A DNA stretch of 64,000 bases. Source: Eledone cirrhosa (lineage: Eukaryota). A program made the translations under genes and the position numbers. The notes under the pieces are model-generated. The model did no database searches. It had not been told where the DNA came from and worked only from the letters and a program-made list of their open reading frames with translations. How positions within the stretch are numbered: position 1 is the first letter of the stretch; each line of letters opens with the position of its first letter. Below are positions 52,371 to 64,000 of the stretch, piece by piece. The stretch covers positions 341,992,001-342,056,000 of the forward strand of contig OZ024742.1 in the NCBI GenBank assembly GCA_964016885.1. Direction: 5' to 3'.

Positions 52371-54041
52371 ATACACATATATATATGTGTTGGACACTCA
52401 GTTCCGATGGCGAGTGCCCAAGTACGTACAACACAGCAGACTGCTCATGAAATTATCTGCAATTGGCTGAGTATTCCAGACACGTGTACACCTCAGTTCT
52501 CGGGGAGATTTAGAGTGACAAGGTTGGTCCTTTGAATTACAGGCCCAATTCAGTTTTTTTTTTTTCCTCACTGAGTGGATCAACTGAAGCAACAAAGTTT
52601 CTTGTTCAAGGACACACACTACTGAGAACCTGACCACTAAACTACACATCTTCACACTCTATATACTTTAGTTTTCATTAAATCACTAACAGGGCGGTGG
52701 AGGGTCGGACGCGATGCTTTGCAGCATAGAGTTACGACCCTTTGCGGTCAGTTCAAATCCCGCCGAGGTTACCTTTGCCTTTCATCCTTAGGGGGAGAAG
52801 GGGAGGGGGGCGGGTAGATAAAATAAAATACCAGTAATACACTGGGATAATTGCTGACTTTGTGCAAAAATTAGAAACAATTGAATCACTGATCAACTGA
52901 GGCTACACTAAAAGACATGTCCAAGGTGCCATGCAGCAGGACTGAACCCAAACCGTGTAGTTGCAAAGCAATGTTATTAACCACACAGCTATACCTGCAG
53001 GATAAATACCAAGACAATGACCCAAGGGAGCCAGAACAAATACTGAGACCATAACCCAATGCTCCAGCCCGCCAACTAACAAACATACACGTTGATATTA
53101 GGGATCCATCTTAAAACTTTTATAACATTTAACATGCCGTCATAGGTTGTGAGTCAGACTAGATACATCAGGGGATATCTAGCCTGTTTCATCTCTTACA
53201 TGGTTTCTACAACTGGATGTCCTTCAGTGTACTGGCTACATGTTAATGTGGCACTAGCACTACCATTTTACAGTGTACTAGCTAGGTGCATTCTATACCA
53301 TGAAACTAGCACCAATGTCAACTTTGCCGTTCAACTTGGAATTGATAAAATAAATTACCAGTTAAATACTGGGTTGATTTAATAAACTTTGTCCTTTCAA
53401 AATCAGCTGGTATTGTGACTAAGAATTTAATGCTATTCACCTGGGTGTGCAGGAGAGATGACTGCATTGGGTGGACATGTACTGTGCATGAATGATGATA
53501 GATGGGTGAAGAAGTACCAATGGATGGAAGCTGTAGTTAGTTGAGGTAGACCAAGAAAGGCCTGAGAAGAGGTTGTGAGAGCTGACCTCAAATCACTGAG
53601 ACTCAGAGGAGATGGCAAAGAAACGAGACAAGTAGAGAGATTCCGTGCTGAAATGGATCCGTCCAACCCATGCAAGTGTGGAAAAACGGACGTAAAAATG
53701 ACGAGGAGTAAGAGTCGCCATTAGTGCAGAAAAAAAAAAAAAAAATGGACGTTAAACAGTGATAACTACTTGAATCCTTGTACTGGTAGAGTGGCACATA
53801 TTTTGTTGACCTGAGAGAGAAACATGAAAAGTAAAGTCAATCCCAGCAGAATTTGAACTCAGAATATAAAGCTATGCAGTCAATTATCAAGTGCTATTTC
53901 ACCTGGGGCTCTACCAATTCTGTCGTAATATATTGAAAGTCTCACATCTATATTATAATTCTGCTGCTAGTTCGTACATTACACTTCAGTGAGAGGGGAA
54001 GAGAGATATACATACATACACATATATACATCTACACGCAG

Positions 54042-54170
54042 AACTATCTCAAATAAGGGTCAGAATTGACCAAAGGGAAGATCACAGTACTTTAAAATAA
54101 AGTAACATTTAAGCATCTCAGAGGTAAACTTCTTTCGTTTGGTCAATTTTGAACTTGATGTGAAATAGTT
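54042..54170. mobile_element. Small MITE
   Basis: About 33-bp imperfect TIRs aactatctcaaataagggtcagaattgaccaaa / tttggtcaattttgaacttgatgtgaaatagtt. Confidence 0.55.
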
Positions 54171-56274
54171 CATTACCGTTTTACGTCCATTCTTCCACGC
54201 TAGCATGGGTTAGACAGATTGTCCTGTTGTGGGCAGTATTCAGTCGGATGACCTCGTCTTGCTCGTACGGGAACCGATTCTGGCTCGATTTCTACAGCTG
54301 GACGCCCTTCCTAACACCAACCTCATTTACAGTGAGTGCCGGGTGCTTTTTTTCCGTGGCGCCGAAACATCCACTTTACAGTGTGGGCTGGGTGCTTTTT
54401 TGCCATGGCACCTCCACGACTACTTTGCAGTGGGACAGCACAGAATCTCTCTACATGTCACGTTTCTTTGCCATCTCCTCAGTTTCACGGACTTGCAGTC
54501 AGCTCCCTCTTCTCGGGTCTTTCTTGGTCTACTTCAACTAACTACAGCTTCCATCCATTGGCACTTCTGGGTTCTATATTCATATGCTTCTCCGATTTAT
54601 ATTCTCAGTGATATTATTCATTGAGATGTAATGTATATTATGGCTAATTTCTAAATGCCATCTCTCTATGTCTGGTTTCATGTGTGGCCGTTACTATGGA
54701 AATAAAATTCACACCTTTTAAAAGAAAACTAAGGTTAAGTGCAAAGCTGTGAATATCGATACACACACTGGTTTAGAAAGAAAAAAAAAAAAAATAATCA
54801 GAGTCAAAGAGAAAGATGATTTCTTTTGATCTCCCTCTCATCTTAGCATAATTTGTTTCCAGAATATTCAAAAAACAATTCATGCAATAAATGTTTATTA
54901 ATTTTAAATAATTGTTTCGACTTTGGCACAAGGCCAGCAATTATCCCAGTGCATTACTGGTACTTTATTTTATCGACCCCGTAAGGATGAAAGGTAGTAT
55001 TTGAATTCAGAATGTAAAGAGCCGTAACTATGCTGCAAAGCGCCTGGCGCTCTACCGATACTGCGAAACCACTGCATACCAAGTGAATATTTAAAAGGCA
55101 AATTATCTTTTTTGCTTCATGTAATTTCCACAGGTCCCGCTAATATAACATGGAGAAGTAGGGGTTTTGTAGGGTAGCCATTTAAACTTGCCAGAGTCCA
55201 TTCCTCTCCAGGATTCAACAAAGCTGATTCCTTCCAGAGAGTTGGAGAAGTGAGAATCAACTACAAAATAATGATTTCTATTATAGGCACAGGGCAAGCA
55301 ATGTTTGTGGAGAAGGGGAAAGTCGATTAAATTGATCAACCTCAGAGGGATTTGAACTCAGATCGTAAAGAGGCGTATCCCTATGCTGCAAAGCATGGTG
55401 TCCGATGCTTTACAGATACTGCCAAATAATGAAAAGAAAAGTTGACTTTGGCAGGATTTGAAATAGAATACTCTAAAGTATCCTACCCAACATTCAAACA
55501 ACGCTGCCATTTAGCTACCTGATATGTAATATAAAGAACTGAAAGTCTTTCATCTGAGATTATCCAAGTAATAAAACAAAATCTCTAATAAAGTTTTAAA
55601 TCTAAAAATGAAGCAAGAACAATACCTAAATAAAATCAGTTGATTGCATTTTTAAATGTTTCAACCATTTTGTTACCATATTTATTTTGAATAGCACTAT
55701 AATTTTCAAATAGTTTTGAAAATCAAGTATTTGAAGGGATTTAGAACAAATACTGAGACCATAACCCAATGCTCCAGCCCGCCAACTAACAAACATAAGT
55801 AACATTTTCATAAAAACATTTGAAACCTTTTTGATACTAACCCAACAAAACCAGCTTTGGTTCTATGAAATAAAATCACCCATTTTAATCCTTGAGCATT
55901 TAAACCAGAATTCACTCACCACTTGTTCAAACAAGCCATAACTAGCCACTCATTGTTAAGGTATTATTCTCAAAATGAATATCAAAAGTTCATATATTCG
56001 TGAAAATACAATAGTATATATTAGAGTAATGTAACTGCTAGAGTTGAACTATAAGGAAATCATTTTAGTAAATCTTAAACTTTTTCATTGAAATGAAAAG
56101 TATTTCATCAGAAATACAATAATAAATGTAGTAAAAGGGTTTTAAATAAATATACCCACTTTTAAAAAGTTTTGTATCAGAACCAGCAGCAGTTTGGTAT
56201 CAAAAGGGTTAAATGAGCCAAAATAGAATAATAAGAAATAACAAACGAAGAAATAAACCACTTGTAGTTTATCT

Positions 56275-56284
56275 TTTATTTATT
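56275..56284 (-). promoter_or_regulatory. Candidate GAPDH polyadenylation signal (overlapping AATAAA)
   Basis: tttatttatt on plus reads AATAAATAAA on minus, about 170 nt after the stop codon. Confidence 0.55.
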
Positions 56285-56402
56285 TCTGGTAGGCCTCAAT
56301 GACCTATATCTGCTTAACCAATCCTCTAGGGATGAAGATGGAACCATTTTACAAGACATTAAAAAATCTACATATGAGCAGAAAAAAAAAGTTATTTGGA
56401 AT

Positions 56403-56435
<33 letters not shown>

Positions 56436-56453
56436 AACAATTAGGCAACCATC

Positions 56454-63484
<7,031 letters not shown>

Positions 63485-64000
63485 CTAAAAACATTTAATA
63501 TCGCTATTTTTCATAGCGATCTTTGCACAAGCAGAGTAAAGAATAAAGTAGTGTGTGTGTGTAATCAGAGTTGATTTCTACCGTTGAAGATTGTCGTGCT
63601 AATGGGGTTTCATGGGATACATTTATCTTCTTCACTTTAGTTATTTCCCTTACCTCTACTTTTAACTCAAAAGAGTTCACTTTACCTTCCTTTTCCGTTT
63701 TTAAACATCTGAAGTGTTATTTGAAATAGATTTGGTTGAATTCTTTTTTTTTTTTCTATTAATAAAACTTATCTTATAAAAAAAAAAATTATTTTAAATC
63801 CCATATTAAGACTAAATAAAACTAGTGTTAGCAACAAAATGCACCCAGTACACCCAGTAAAGTGATTTGTGACAGGAAAGGCATTTAACCATAAAACAAT
63901 TTGCCAAAGTATCAAGAGTACTCTTCAGTTGTGTCCAAAAACATGAGCTAGAGTTGGTGCAACTATAAAATACACCCGGAACACTAAAATGCAGGAACAA

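Overview
Eukaryotic, AT-rich, microsatellite-saturated DNA, most likely an octopus or other coleoid cephalopod (inferred from Nin-domain tRNA-SINEs, RTE-type tails, (TA)n density and an invertebrate-type GAPDH). Conventional content: nine coding exons of GAPDH on the minus strand (56454-63398, first exon beyond the window), an intact tRNA-Trp(CCA), a dead DD34D mariner, an RTE-group LINE with a 5' inversion, Penelope-like (PLE) fragments, Helitron, hAT, piggyBac and Tc1-like MITEs, and many SINEs and mini/microsatellites. Most ORFs in the supplied track are microsatellite translations. The unusual signal is non-coding. Between 1 and 50 kb the (TA)n tracts hold short elements with a shared architecture: a 260-620 nt unit plus terminal redundancy, or a fold-back with a family-fixed tail. 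By hand I fold 13 type I hammerhead ribozyme motifs in about 9 apparently unrelated families, two with a compensatory U3-A8 core. One element has this architecture but carries a tRNA-like cloverleaf and no recognisable hammerhead. All folds and coordinates are manual and none of the ribozymes is tested.
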